From Vulcanimicrobiota bacterium (lineage in GTDB: Bacteria > Vulcanimicrobiota > Vulcanimicrobiia > Eremiobacterales > Eremiobacteraceae): a DNA stretch of 64,000 bases. Below the pieces are notes generated by a model. That model was not told where the DNA came from, did no database searches, and saw only the letters and a list, made by a program, of their open reading frames with translations. The position numbers and the translations under genes were made by a program. The stretch spans positions 13,724 to 77,723 of the forward strand of contig CAWDVP010000008.1 of NCBI GenBank assembly GCA_963805945.1. Direction: 5' to 3'. Positions within the stretch are counted from its first letter, which is position 1, and the number at the start of each line of letters is the position of its first letter. Positions 43,351 through 53,441 of the stretch are shown here, piece after piece.

Positions 43351-44336
43351 TAACGCGTCAGGGTCGCCGCCGCGTGCTCGCCACCCTCCACCACAGCGCC
43401 CGGTTCCACGCTGACGCCCGCGCCGATGACCGCGTCGGTCACCCGCGCGCCCGCGCCGATCTTCGCGCCGCTCCACAAGATGGAGCGCTCGATCTTCGCG
43501 CCGGCGCCGATCACCGCATCGCTGCCGATGCACGACGGCGCCACGACGGTCGCGCTCGAGTCGACGCTGCAACCGCGCCCGAGCAGCACGCCGTCGAGCA
43601 TCACCGCGCCGTCGCCCGGCGTGAGCCGGACGCGGCCTTCGAGCGCGTCGCGATGGACGCGCCGGTATTCGGCCGGCGTGCCGACGTCGCACCAATACGC
43701 GTCTTGGCTCATGCCGAAGAAGCGCTCTTCAGAATGGAGCAGATGCGGGAACACCTGTTTACCGAAATCGTAGAACGTGTTCGCCGGGATGTGCTCGAGG
43801 ACGCTCGGCTCGAAGATATAGACGCCGGTGTTGACGAGCTTGGAGAGCTCGGTTCCCGGAGCCGGTTTCTCTTGGAAGCTGCGGATGCGGCCGTCCTCAT
43901 CCGTGACGACGACGCCATATTGGCTGACGTCCGCCGCGCGCGTGAGCACGATCGTCGCGGTCGCCCGCCGCGCGCGGTGGAAGGCGAGCGCCGCCGGCAA
44001 GTCGATGGTGGTCACGTCGTCGCAGCCGATGACGATGAACGTCTCGGTGAAGCTGCCCGCGAGCTGCTTGACCGCGCCGGCGCTGCCCATGAGCTCGGTC
44101 TCGTGGAGGTAGTTGACCTTCGCGTTCCAGCGCGAGCCGTCGCCGACGAACTGTCGCACCGCGTCCGAGAAGTAGTGGACGTTGATGGCGATATCGCCGA
44201 CGCCTGCACGCTGGAGATAGTCGAGCACGTGGGCCACGACCGGGCGGTCGAGCACGGGTACGAGCGGCTTCGGCAGCTTCAGCGTCAAGGGATAGAGCCG
44301 TGTCGAAAGACCACCGGCCAATATCATGCCGCGCAC
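43350..44336 (-). CDS. NDP-sugar pyrophosphorylase (mannose-1-phosphate guanylyltransferase-like)
   Basis: GMILAGGLSTRLYPLT..PKPLVP, FQEKP, NTGVYIF, YWCDVGT, hexapeptide C-terminus. Confidence 0.92.
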   Translation of the reverse strand: MRGMILAGGLSTRLYPLTLKLPKPLVPVLDRPVVAHVLDYLQRAGVGDIAINVHYFSDAVRQFVGDGSRWNAKVNYLHETELMGSAGAVKQLAGSFTETFIVIGCDDVTTIDLPAALAFHRARRATATIVLTRAADVSQYGVVVTDEDGRIRSFQEKPAPGTELSKLVNTGVYIFEPSVLEHIPANTFYDFGKQVFPHLLHSEERFFGMSQDAYWCDVGTPAEYRRVHRDALEGRVRLTPGDGAVMLDGVLLGRGCSVDSSATVVAPSCIGSDAVIGAGAKIERSILWSGAKIGAGARVTDAVIGAGVSVEPGAVVEGGEHAAATLTR

Positions 44337-44361
44337 GATCTACATCCTCGGTTCTTAGAGC

Positions 44362-45115
44362 TTACGAGTGCTGTCTGCTCCGCAGCGCTTGGCCCATCGC
44401 CCGTGCGGCGAACACCGGCAGCACGAGCTGCCTTCGCAGTCTGCGCGGTTCGCGCACGAGCCGGTAAAGCCATTCCAAGCCCGCGCTCCGGAGCGCCTGG
44501 GGCGCTCGCGCCAGTTTTCCGGAGAGCACATCGAACGAACCGCCGACGCCGACGCACACCGCGCCGCCGACCTCGGCGAGGTTGTCGCGGATCCAGTATT
44601 CCTGTCGCGGGAATCCCAGGCCGGCGAAGACGAGCCGCGCGCCCGATGCGCGAATCCGCAAGCAGACGTCGTCGCTCTCATCGTCGTCGAAGTAGCCGTG
44701 CTCGGCGCCGGCGATCTTCAGTCCTTGATGACGCTGCGCGAGGGCGGCGGCTGCGGCAGCGGCGACGCCATCCGCGCCTCCCACCGAGATAGATGGGATC
44801 GCCGCGGCGCGCGGCCTCGGCGCACACGCGCTCCAAGAGGTCGATGCCTGCGACGCGCTCGGGGACCGGTTTGCCGAGCCAGCGCGCCGCCATCACGATG
44901 CCCACGGTGTCCGGCACGACGAGGTCGGCCGCGTTGATGACGTCGCGGTAGCGTTCGTCGCCATACGCGAGGTTCGCCATCTCCGCGCCGAGGGTCACGA
45001 CGTGGGCCGGGCGCCTGCGTCGAGCAGCGCTACGATGCGGGCGACCGCGTCCTCGGCGCCGACCCGGTCGACGCGGCAGCCGAGAACGTGCAAGGCGATC
45101 GGGCGAGTCGCTCAA
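44362..45115 (-). CDS. WecB/TagA/CpsF family glycosyltransferase; apparent frameshifts
   Basis: LGCRVD | HVVTLGAE, ADLVVPDTVG, ERVAGIDL | HGYF, GLGFPRQEYWI, GVGGSFDV, GLEWLYRL..EPRR. Confidence 0.9.
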
Positions 45116-46018
45116 ACCGTCGATTTCGCCCGGCCGACGCGCTCGCTCCATGCGTCGAGCGCCTTGGCAAGCGCGCGCGCCTGTTCCGGGTCGAGTTCGC
45201 ACAGCGGCGCTCGACAGCGTCCGGCCGAGAAGCCGAAGCGCTGCATGGCCGCCTTCACCGGGATGGGGCTCGTCACCGCGAACAGCGCCTTGATGAGCGG
45301 CAGCAACGTTTGGTGCAGCGTGGCGGCGAGCAGGACCTCGCCCGCCTCATAGGCGACGCACATCTCGAGTTATCTCGTCGCCGGCGACATGGCTGGCGAC
45401 GCTCACGACGCCGCAGCCGCCGATCGCCAGCACGGGCAGCGTGAGATGATCGTCACCGGAGTAGACATCGAAGCCCTCCGGCGCTTTGACGATGAGCTCG
45501 CCGATCTGCATCAGGTCGCCGCTCGACTCCTTGACCGCCACGATGCGCGGATGCTTGCTCAGCGCGACGATGGTGTCCGGGAGGATGTTGACGGCCGTGC
45601 GCCCGGGGATGTTATAGATCATGATCGGCAGGTCCACGCTGTCCGCGATCTGCGTGTAGTGCGCGATGAGACCCGCCTGCGGCGGCTTGTTGTAGAACGG
45701 CCCGACGACGAGCAGGGCGTCGACGCCGCTCGCCTCGGCCTTCTTGCTCAATTCAATGGAGTGGCGCGTGCTGTTGCCGCCGGTGTTCGCGATGATCTTC
45801 GCCCGCCCGCCGATCTCCGCGACCACCTCGGCGAACAGCTTGGTCTTCTCGGCGTCGTCGAGCGTCGGCCCCTCGCCGGTCGTTCCGGCGAGCACCAAGC
45901 CGCTGCTGCCGTGTTCGCAGAGCCAGCTCGCCAACCGCCGCGCCTGCGCGTAGTCCACCGCGCCGTCGTCGCGCATCGGCGTGATCATCGCGGTGACGAC
46001 CGGTCCGAAACGTGCCAT
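45112..46018 (-). CDS. dapA: 4-hydroxy-tetrahydrodipicolinate synthase; apparent frameshift near 45365
   Basis: VTAMITP, GTTGEGPTL, PFYNKP, IYNIPGRT, AVKESSGD, YSGDD | SPIPVKAA. Confidence 0.95.
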
Positions 46019-46047
46019 TGCCGTGTTCCTTCTGCCGCGCTGCGCGG

Positions 46048-47289
46048 CTAGAGATCGAAGTGTTTGTGGAGCGCCGCCTCTGCCGTCGGCGCGAGCACGC
46101 CGGGCACGAGGATGGAGATGGTGATGTTCGAGTCCGTGCTATGGATGATCGGCACGCCTGCCTCGACGAGCGCCTGCACGACCGCGAACATGACGCCGGG
46201 TCGATCGCGCATGCCTGCGCCGACGATCGAGACCTTCGCACAGTCGCGCGTCGCGCGCGCCGCGACCGACATCGCGTCGAGGAGCTTGCGGCTGCGCTCC
46301 AAGTCGCGTTCGCGCACGGTGAAGAACACGCCGGCGCGGTTGACGTTGATGCAGTCGAGGTTGATATTCGCCTCGGCGAACGCCCTGAACACCTCGCGCT
46401 CCCAGCCGCCGGGCATGGCGGCGGCTTCCGGCAGGACGTGAAGGAACGCATAACCGCCGACCGAGGCGATGCCCGACACCGGTTTGTCCGGATCGATCGT
46501 GCGCTCGCCGGTCACCGTCGTGCCTGCGCCCGAACGCATGCCGCGCACCGCATAGGGGATGTGGGACTCGTACGCGAGCTGCGCCGCGCGGTCGTGCATG
46601 ACGCCGGCGCCATTGGCGGCGAGCTCGTTCACTTCTTCAAAGGTGAGCGCACTGACCCCGTGCGCGTCGTTCACGCGTTTCGGGTCTGCGGTCATGACGC
46701 CGTCCACGTCGGTGAAGATCTCGCAGCGCACGTCGCCCAGCGCCCGCGCGAGCGCCACCGCGCTCAGATCGCTGCCGCCGCGGCCAAGGGTCGTGACCGT
46801 GCCGTCCGGTGCGGCGCCTTGGAAGCCGGCGATGACCGGCACGACGCCGCTATCGAGGAGCGCCTTCACGGCCGCAGGATCCACTGCGGCGATGCGTGCG
46901 CCGCCATGCTGCGCATCGGTGCGGATACCGGCCTGCGCACCGGTGAGCGCGAGTGAGGCGACGCCGTCGGACTCGAGCAGCGCGGCGAAGATCCCCGCGC
47001 TGATCGTCTCGCCGCACGACAGCAGCAGATCGCGGTTGGCGCCGTCGCCGCCGGGTGCGAGCGCGAGCAGTGAGTCGGTGGCGTACGGCGCGGGCGAGCG
47101 GCCCATGGCGGACACGACGACGGCCGGACGCCGCCCGGCGGCGACGGCCGCCTTGACGTGCTGCACCGCGATGTGCCGCAACTCGTCGCTCGCGAGCGAC
47201 GAGCCGCCGAACTTCATGACGACGACCTCACTCTTGTTTGCGGGCTTTGGAGCGGTCGACTTCAGTCGACCGTCGTCTTTCGACTTCAC
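46048..47289 (-). CDS. Aspartate kinase (DapG/LysC-like)
   Basis: VMKFGGSS, VVVSAMG, AGFQG, TTLGRGGSD, TDVDGVMTADP, C-terminal ACT domains. Confidence 0.93.
   Translation of the reverse strand: MKSKDDGRLKSTAPKPANKSEVVVMKFGGSSLASDELRHIAVQHVKAAVAAGRRPAVVVSAMGRSPAPYATDSLLALAPGGDGANRDLLLSCGETISAGIFAALLESDGVASLALTGAQAGIRTDAQHGGARIAAVDPAAVKALLDSGVVPVIAGFQGAAPDGTVTTLGRGGSDLSAVALARALGDVRCEIFTDVDGVMTADPKRVNDAHGVSALTFEEVNELAANGAGVMHDRAAQLAYESHIPYAVRGMRSGAGTTVTGERTIDPDKPVSGIASVGGYAFLHVLPEAAAMPGGWEREVFRAFAEANINLDCINVNRAGVFFTVRERDLERSRKLLDAMSVAARATRDCAKVSIVGAGMRDRPGVMFAVVQALVEAGVPIIHSTDSNITISILVPGVLAPTAEAALHKHFDL
47248..47274. repeat. REP-like family A copy in the aspartokinase N-terminal extension
   Basis: tGGAGcggtcgac-ttca-gtcgaccgtc; translated DGRLKSTAP. 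Confidence 0.8.
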
Positions 47290-48299
47290 GCCGGCACCTT
47301 CGCCGCCCGCAGGGCGCATTCGACGATCTGCACCGCGTTGGTCGCCGCGCCTTTGCGGAGATTGTCGCACACGATCCAGCACGAGAAGCCGCCCGGGTGG
47401 GCGGTGTCGGCGCGCAGACGGCCGACCGCCACGTCGTCGGTGCCCGCGACGTCGAGCGCGCTCGCATAGCCGTTGCCGTCTTCAAAGCGCACGCCTGGCG
47501 CGCTGCGCAGGATATCGCGCAGCTGCTCGCGCGTGGCGGGCCTGTGGGTCGCGAACGACACCGCTTCGCTGTGGCCGATCGCCACAGGCACGCGCACGCA
47601 CATGGCCGAGACGCGCAGGTCGGGCCGCGCGAGGATCTTCTTCAGCTCCGCGGCGATCTTGCGCTCCTCGTCGCCATAGCCGGAGGCATCAAAATCGCCG
47701 ACCTCCGGCACGACGTTGCCCGCGATGCGCCGCGGCAGCACCAGTGCGTTCGTGCTCCCCGCGAGTTGAGCGCGATACTCTTCGACCGCATCTTTGCCGG
47801 CGCCGGACACGCTTTGATAGGTCGCCACGCTCACCCACGTGAGACCGAAGACCTTCTCGATCGGCGAGAGCGCGACGGCGAGCGGAATGGTGGAACAGTT
47901 CGGATTCGCGACGAGCATCTGCGTGCCGATCGCCTCGGCATTCGCTTCGGGCACGACGAGCGGCACCGCCGGATCGAGCCGATAGACGCCTGACTTGTCG
48001 ACGACGAACGCGCCCGCGTCCACCGCGGCGCGCGCGTACGTGCGGCTCGCCGCGTCGCCCGCGGCGAAGAACGCGACGTCGATGCCCTTGAACGGGTCGC
48101 GCGCCTCGGCGAGCGGTTCGACCGCGACCTCGCGGCCGCCGGCGTGCAGGTGCGCGCCGGCTGAGCGGGCGGTGCCGAACGCGCGCAGTGAGCGCAGCGG
48201 AAAGCGCCGTTCGTCGAGGATGCGTGCGAGCGTCTCGCCGACCAAGCCGGTCGCGCCCACGATGGCGACGTTGAGGCCGTTCGTCGACGTGAGGCTCAC
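47286..48299 (-). CDS. asd: Aspartate-semialdehyde dehydrogenase
   Basis: VAIVGATGLVG, VPLVVPEAN, ANPNCSTI, TYQSVSGAG, CVRVPV..GHS, DNLRKGAATNAVQI. Confidence 0.96.
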   Translation of the reverse strand: MSLTSTNGLNVAIVGATGLVGETLARILDERRFPLRSLRAFGTARSAGAHLHAGGREVAVEPLAEARDPFKGIDVAFFAAGDAASRTYARAAVDAGAFVVDKSGVYRLDPAVPLVVPEANAEAIGTQMLVANPNCSTIPLAVALSPIEKVFGLTWVSVATYQSVSGAGKDAVEEYRAQLAGSTNALVLPRRIAGNVVPEVGDFDASGYGDEERKIAAELKKILARPDLRVSAMCVRVPVAIGHSEAVSFATHRPATREQLRDILRSAPGVRFEDGNGYASALDVAGTDDVAVGRLRADTAHPGGFSCWIVCDNLRKGAATNAVQIVECALRAAKVPA

Positions 48300-49048
48300 A
48301 GCAGCTCTCCGAGGCCGTCGACGAAATGATCGAGCGTCGCGGCAGCTCTTACCGCGAGCAGCACGCCGGCCATGAAGGACTCGCGCGAGAACGAATCGTG
48401 TCGTATGGTGAGCAGCTCGCCCTTGCCGCCGAAGAGCACTTCTTGATGCGCGACGACGCCCGGCAGGCGCAGGCTGTGGATGCCGATGCCTGCATGTTCC
48501 GCGCCGCGTGCGCCGTCGATCTTCACCGCAGCGGTCGCGGGCCGCTTGAAGTTGCCGGCGGCCGTGAGACGTCGCGCGGTCGCCATCGCGGTCCCGGACG
48601 GCGCGTCCTTCTTGCCCGTCTCGTGCATCTCGACGATCTCGACCGCGGGATAATGTTTCGCGGCCGCATCGGCGAACTGCATCATGAGCACGGCGCCGAT
48701 GGCGAAGTTGGGCGCGAACACCGCACCGACGTGATTTTTCGCGCACGCAGCTTTGAGCGCAGCGATGTCGTCCGCGCCGTAGCCCGACGCGCCGATGACC
48801 GGCCGCACACCGCGCTCGATCGCTCCCAGCGCGATGCGCTTCGAATCAGGGAAAAGCGAGAAATCCACGAGCACTTGAGGCTTTGCCCGAGCGACGAACG
48901 CGTCGAGATCATCGAACTCGAGCGGCCCTTGTGCAGTCCCCGACCGTACCAACCCGCCCACGTAGTCGATGTCGTCGGCGTCGGCGAGCGCGCCGGCCGT
49001 CGTCCGCCCCATTTTGCCGTGTGCTCCGGCCACGCCAGCCCGTATCAT
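48296..49048 (-). CDS. dapB: 4-hydroxy-tetrahydrodipicolinate reductase
   Basis: VAGAHGKMG, APNFAIG, EMHETGKKDAPSGTA, IHSLRLPGVVAHQEV. Confidence 0.95.
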   Translation of the reverse strand: MIRAGVAGAHGKMGRTTAGALADADDIDYVGGLVRSGTAQGPLEFDDLDAFVARAKPQVLVDFSLFPDSKRIALGAIERGVRPVIGASGYGADDIAALKAACAKNHVGAVFAPNFAIGAVLMMQFADAAAKHYPAVEIVEMHETGKKDAPSGTAMATARRLTAAGNFKRPATAAVKIDGARGAEHAGIGIHSLRLPGVVAHQEVLFGGKGELLTIRHDSFSRESFMAGVLLAVRAAATLDHFVDGLGELL

Positions 49049-49094
49049 CGCATCTCCAACGTTCAATGGCGGGACAGGGCGGCCCTCCGGGCGT

Positions 49095-51254
49095 CTATTT
49101 CGCCGACGCTTTTTCCAGCTTCGTGTAATTGAGCATGATGCTCTTGCGGCCCGCCGACGCGAAGTCGACCGTGACGAACGCGTCGCCGCCGGCGCCGCGC
49201 ACCTCGAGCACGACGCCCGGGCCGAATTTCGGGTGCGTGACGGTGTCGCCGGCGACCAGTTCGACCTCGCGCTCGATCGGCGCGGGCGCGGCGATCTCAT
49301 CCCACGTGCCGCCCACCCCGATCGGCGAGATCGGCGCGACGTTGAGGAACTCGAGGCCGGTCATCTCGTTGAGGAAGCGCGACGGCGGGTGCAGATACGA
49401 GCTGCCGAAGGTGGTGCGACGCTTGGCGTAGGTGAGGTACAGCTCGTCGATGGCGCGCGTCACGCCCACGTAGCACAGGCGCCTTTCTTCTTCTATCTCG
49501 CTCGGATCCACCAGCGCGCGGTTGTGCGGGAACACACCTTCCTCGAGTCCGCACAGGAACACCACCGGGAATTCCAGGCCTTTGGCCATGTGCAGCGTCA
49601 TGAGGGTGACGGCCGAGCCGCCCTTGTCCATCGCGTCGAGATCCGATACGAGCGAGATGTTCGCCAAGAAGCCGGCGACGTCGGGACCCTCGCGCTCCTC
49701 GTACTCGCGCGCGACGCCGATGAGCTCTTCGAGGTTCTCGAGGCGCGAGCGCGCTTCCACCGTGTCCTCCTCGCGCAACGCTTGAACGTAGCCGGTGTCT
49801 TCGAGCACGGAGACGAGCGCGCCGGCCGGACCTTGCTCGGCGATGATCGCGAATGCTTCGACATCTTTGAAGAACGCCGCGAGATCTTTCGCCTTCTTGG
49901 GCGCGACCGCCGCGATGACGTCCGCATCGAGCATCGCGCGCGCGAACGACAGCCCGCGCCGGGCGCCTTCGTCGCCGATGGCATTGAGCGTCGCTTGGCC
50001 GATGCCGCGGCGCGGCGCGTTGATGATGCGTCGCAGGCTGATGCCGTCGTCGCGATTGGTGATGTAGCGCAGATAGGCGAGAGCGTCCTTGATCTCGGCG
50101 CGCGCGTAGAAGCCGACGCCGCCGACGACGCGGTACGGCATGCCGGCGACGAGCAGCGCTTCTTCGAACGCGCGCGACTGCGCGTTGGTGCGGTAGAGCA
50201 CGACGAAGTCGCTTAAGGCCCGCCCTTCGTCGTCGACCGCGGCGTGGATCGTCTCGACGACGAAGCGCGCCTCGTCGCGTTCGGTGGAGGCCGCGTAGAC
50301 CCGCGACCGGCTTGCCGCCCTCGCGGCTCGTCCAGAGCTTCTTGTGGCTGGCGCTGCGTGTTGTGCGACACGAGCGCGTTGGCGGCGCCGAGCACCGTGC
50401 CGGTGGAGCGGTAGTTGCGCTCGAGCCGGAAGGTCTGCGCGTTGCGGAAATCGCGCTCGAAGCGCAGGATGATGCGATGGTCGGCGCCGCGGAAGGCGTA
50501 GATCGATTGGTCGTCGTCGCCGACGACGCTGATGTTGCCGCTGCGCCTCGCGAGAGCGCGCGCACCATGCGGTACTGCGCCTCGTTGACGTCCTGGTATT
50601 CGTCGACGAGGAGATAGCGGAAGCGTTCGCGCCAGGCTTTGCCGCGCTCATCGTTGCGCTCGAGCAGGGCGATGGTGCGCATGATCAGGTCGTCGAAGTC
50701 GAGCGCGTTGGCCTGGTTGAGGCGGCGCTGGTATTCGGCGTAGAGCGACGCGACGACGGGCGAGAGCTGGCCGTCGGCGGAATCTGCGAAGGCGGCGGGT
50801 TCGAGCAGCCGTTCTTTGGCGCGCCCGATGTGCCGCAGCACGGCGCCGGGCTGGTAGTGCCGCTCGTCGATGTTGAGGTCGCGCAGCACCTCTTGACGAG
50901 CGTGCGCTGGTCGGCGTCGTCGTAGATGACGAAGTTCGGCGCGACGCCGACCACGTCGCCGTCGCGGCGCAAGATGCGCACGCCGATCGAGTGGAACGTG
51001 CCGACCCATAGACCCCGCGCGGGCTCGCCGACGAGACCGTGCAGCCTCGTACGCAGCTCGCCAGCCGCCTTGTTGGTGAAGGTGACCGCCAGGATGCGGT
51101 GTGCAGGCGCCAAGTCGGTGGCGAGCAGATGCGCGATGCGATGCGTCAGCACGCGCGTCTTGCCGCTGCCCGCCCCCGCGAAGATGAGGACCGCGCCTTC
51201 GGTCTGCGACGCTGCGGCGCGCTGCTCTTCGTTGAGAGCGTCGAGTGGATTCAT
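49095..51254 (-). CDS. pcrA: PcrA/UvrD DNA helicase; several apparent frameshifts (about 50890, 50545, 50350, 50300)
   Basis: [22 protein letters not shown] | [13 protein letters not shown] | [36 protein letters not shown]. Confidence 0.95.
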
Positions 51255-51258
51255 CGTC

Positions 51259-52305
51259 TTAGCGGGCGGCGCTGACACGCTCGCCGCGTCCGAGCACCGC
51301 GCCTGCGGCGACGTGCGCACCAGCATCGACCGCGACGTCAAGCCCGAGGATCGCGTCGCGCACGACAGCGCGGTCACCGACACGGCAGCCCGGCCACAGG
51401 ATCGCGTCGCCGACTCTCGCGCCATCACCCACATGGCAGCTGTCGTAGAGCACCGTATATGGCTCGATTGTCACGCCGGCGCCGATGTGCGCGCCGGCGC
51501 CGATGAACGCCGGAGCGTGCACCGCGACGTCCTTGCCCAGCGGCGCGCCGTCCGCGGACCAGACCCGCGGCGCGATCTCGACGCCGACCGGATGCTCGAA
51601 GCGACCGTCGAGGATGTCGTGATGCGCTTGTCGATACGTGTCCGGCCGGCCGACGTCGATCCAGTAGTCGTCGGTCGAGCGGGCGTAGACGCGGTGCGTC
51701 GTCTCGATGAGCAGCGGATACGTCTCGCGCTCGATGGAGACCGATCGGCCCGCGGGGATCGCCTCGATCGCCTCGGGCTCGAGCACGTAGGTGCCCGCGT
51801 TGATGTCGTGCGCTGAGGTCTGGCCGGGCGCAGGCTTCTCGACGAAGCGGCGCACGCGTTCGTCCACGTCGGTCTCGACGACGCCGAACTGACTCGGGTC
51901 CTCGACCGGACGCGTGTGGATGGTCGCGATCGCGTTGTGCTGCCGGTGCGCGGCGAGCAGCGCGCGCAGGTCGACGCCGGTGAGGATATCGCCGTTGCAG
52001 ACGAAGATCGTGCCGTCGATATGCTTGACGGCGTTCTTGATCGCGCCTGCAGTGCCGAGCGGGTCGACCTCGTGCACGTAGTGCAGGCGCACGCCGTGCG
52101 CGCGGCCGTCGCCGAAGTGCGACTCGATCGCCTCAGGCAGGTAGCAGCACGAGAGGATGACCTCGCCGACGCCTGCTGCGCGCAGCCGCTCGATGATCCA
52201 GCCGATGAACGGGCGGCCGAGCAGCGGCGCCATGGGCTTGGGCAATGCGTAGGTGAGAGGACGCAGGCGCGTGCCCTCGCCGCCGACGAGGATTACCGCT
52301 TGCAC
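51259..52305 (-). CDS. NDP-sugar pyrophosphorylase (mannose-1-phosphate guanylyltransferase-like), second paralog
   Basis: AVILVGGEGTRLRPLT..PKPM, PLGTAGAI, NGDILT, FVEKP, INAGTY, YWIDVG. Confidence 0.92.
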   Translation of the reverse strand: MQAVILVGGEGTRLRPLTYALPKPMAPLLGRPFIGWIIERLRAAGVGEVILSCCYLPEAIESHFGDGRAHGVRLHYVHEVDPLGTAGAIKNAVKHIDGTIFVCNGDILTGVDLRALLAAHRQHNAIATIHTRPVEDPSQFGVVETDVDERVRRFVEKPAPGQTSAHDINAGTYVLEPEAIEAIPAGRSVSIERETYPLLIETTHRVYARSTDDYWIDVGRPDTYRQAHHDILDGRFEHPVGVEIAPRVWSADGAPLGKDVAVHAPAFIGAGAHIGAGVTIEPYTVLYDSCHVGDGARVGDAILWPGCRVGDRAVVRDAILGLDVAVDAGAHVAAGAVLGRGERVSAAR

Positions 52306-52389
52306 GAGGACCTGATGTCAGGGAGCGTCACCTCGTCAGATTCACATCTGGAGGCGGCTTGCCCTTGAGCGCTTGTTCTTAGCGGTTGT

Positions 52390-52566
52390 CTACGCGCAGC
52401 CGATGTGGCCGCACTGGCACACGCCTTCGCCGCGTCCGAGCCCCTCGCCGCTGCAATACTCCGAGCAAAAGTCCGACGAGGCGCCATCGGGGATGATGCA
52501 GCCGCACACTTCGTTGGCGCACGTGCGCTCAGAGGCGAATGGATCTTCTGCGAGTTGTCCTGCCAT
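52390..52566 (-). CDS. Putative metallothionein (58 aa, 8 Cys + 1 His), missed by ORF track
   Basis: MAGQLAEDPFASERTCANEVCGCIIPDGASSDFCSEYCSGEGLGRGEGVCQCGHIGCA*. Confidence 0.75.
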   Translation of the reverse strand: MAGQLAEDPFASERTCANEVCGCIIPDGASSDFCSEYCSGEGLGRGEGVCQCGHIGCA

Positions 52567-52607
52567 GATGATTGAGTGCTACGCCGGGCGAGGTCGGGTC
52601 TCCGCCC

Positions 52608-52991
52608 TCATGGCTGCTTGCGGGCGCCGCTCAGCGCGACGGCGCACCAGACGGCGAGCAACGCATGGAGCGCGGCGGCCGGCCAGAGGAATACGCTGGT
52701 GAATCCGCCGCCGACACGGGCGTACACGAGTATGACGGCCGCCACGACGTCATAGAGCAGCATCGCGACGACCACCCCGGCCGTGGCATGACTCCGTTCG
52801 TCAAGGCTTGCGAACCAACACGCGACGCCGAGCGAGAGCAACCCTGCACCGGCGATCCGCGCGACGATCAATCCCGCCGCGTTGTCGAGCGGCACGCCGA
52901 GCAGGACTGAAGAGACCAGCGACGGCGCGGCGAGCAGCGCAAGGCCCACAGCGATTTCGACGACGGCGGAGACGACGAGCAGGTTCTTCAT
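52608..52991 (-). CDS. Hypothetical 4-TM membrane protein
   Basis: Four hydrophobic helices; 127-aa ORF. Confidence 0.75.
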   Translation of the reverse strand: MKNLLVVSAVVEIAVGLALLAAPSLVSSVLLGVPLDNAAGLIVARIAGAGLLSLGVACWFASLDERSHATAGVVVAMLLYDVVAAVILVYARVGGGFTSVFLWPAAALHALLAVWCAVALSGARKQP

Positions 52992-52998
52992 TCGGAGG

Positions 52999-53038
52999 TG
53001 GTAGCCCTAAGGATGCGGGAATCCCTGTCTCTACCTGA
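52999..53038 (-). mobile_element. Degenerate displaced tRNA-Glu 3' end (old attR-like site)
   Basis: tggtagccctaaggatgcgggaatccctgtctctacctga aligns with tggtagccccaagggaattcgaatccctgtctccgccttga at 60009. Confidence 0.7.
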
Positions 53039-53039
53039 C

Positions 53040-53408
53040 ATGAGCAAAGCGAAAGACGTCGACGAATACCTCGCCAGGGTGCAGCAGCCCGCTCGCCGCA
53101 ACTTGAAGCACATCCGCGCGACGATTCGTTCCGTGGTACCACGCGAGGCGACCGAGGCGATCAGCTATGGCATCCCCGCGTTCAAGTACAAGGGATCGTT
53201 GGTGGCATACGCCGCCTTCGCGGACCACTGCAGCTTCTTCCCCATGAGCGCGACACTTATCAGGACGAAGTTCAAGAAAGAGCTGAAGGGCTTCGACACG
53301 GCCACGGGCACGATCCGCTTTCCTCTGGATAAGCCGCTGCCCGCCGTTCTTGTGAAAAAGATCGTGCGGGCGCGGATCGCTGAGAAGAAACGCCAAAGCC
53401 GGCGCTAA
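53040..53408 (+). CDS. YdhG/DUF1801-like protein
   Basis: DVDEYLA..IRATIRSVVP..EAISYGIPAFKY..GTIRFPLDKPLP..VKKIV. Confidence 0.85.
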   Translation: MSKAKDVDEYLARVQQPARRNLKHIRATIRSVVPREATEAISYGIPAFKYKGSLVAYAAFADHCSFFPMSATLIRTKFKKELKGFDTATGTIRFPLDKPLPAVLVKKIVRARIAEKKRQSRR

Positions 53409-53441
53409 TGGCGCTTAGCTAGCGCCGGCTTTCCTCGAGTC

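Noticed and set aside
715..51254. Apparent frameshifts in about 20 genes suggesting mass pseudogenisation or programmed frameshifting
   Set aside because: They hit essential genes (holA, pcrA, dapA, purB, purL) with motifs intact on both sides and no in-frame stops or shared slippery site; best explained as long-read consensus indels. Read polishing would settle it.
52303..52375. glmS or hammerhead ribozyme (AAGCGC...UGACGAGG; CUGACGA)
   Set aside because: The rest of the glmS core and the hammerhead GAAA strand are missing; kept only as a generic structured leader
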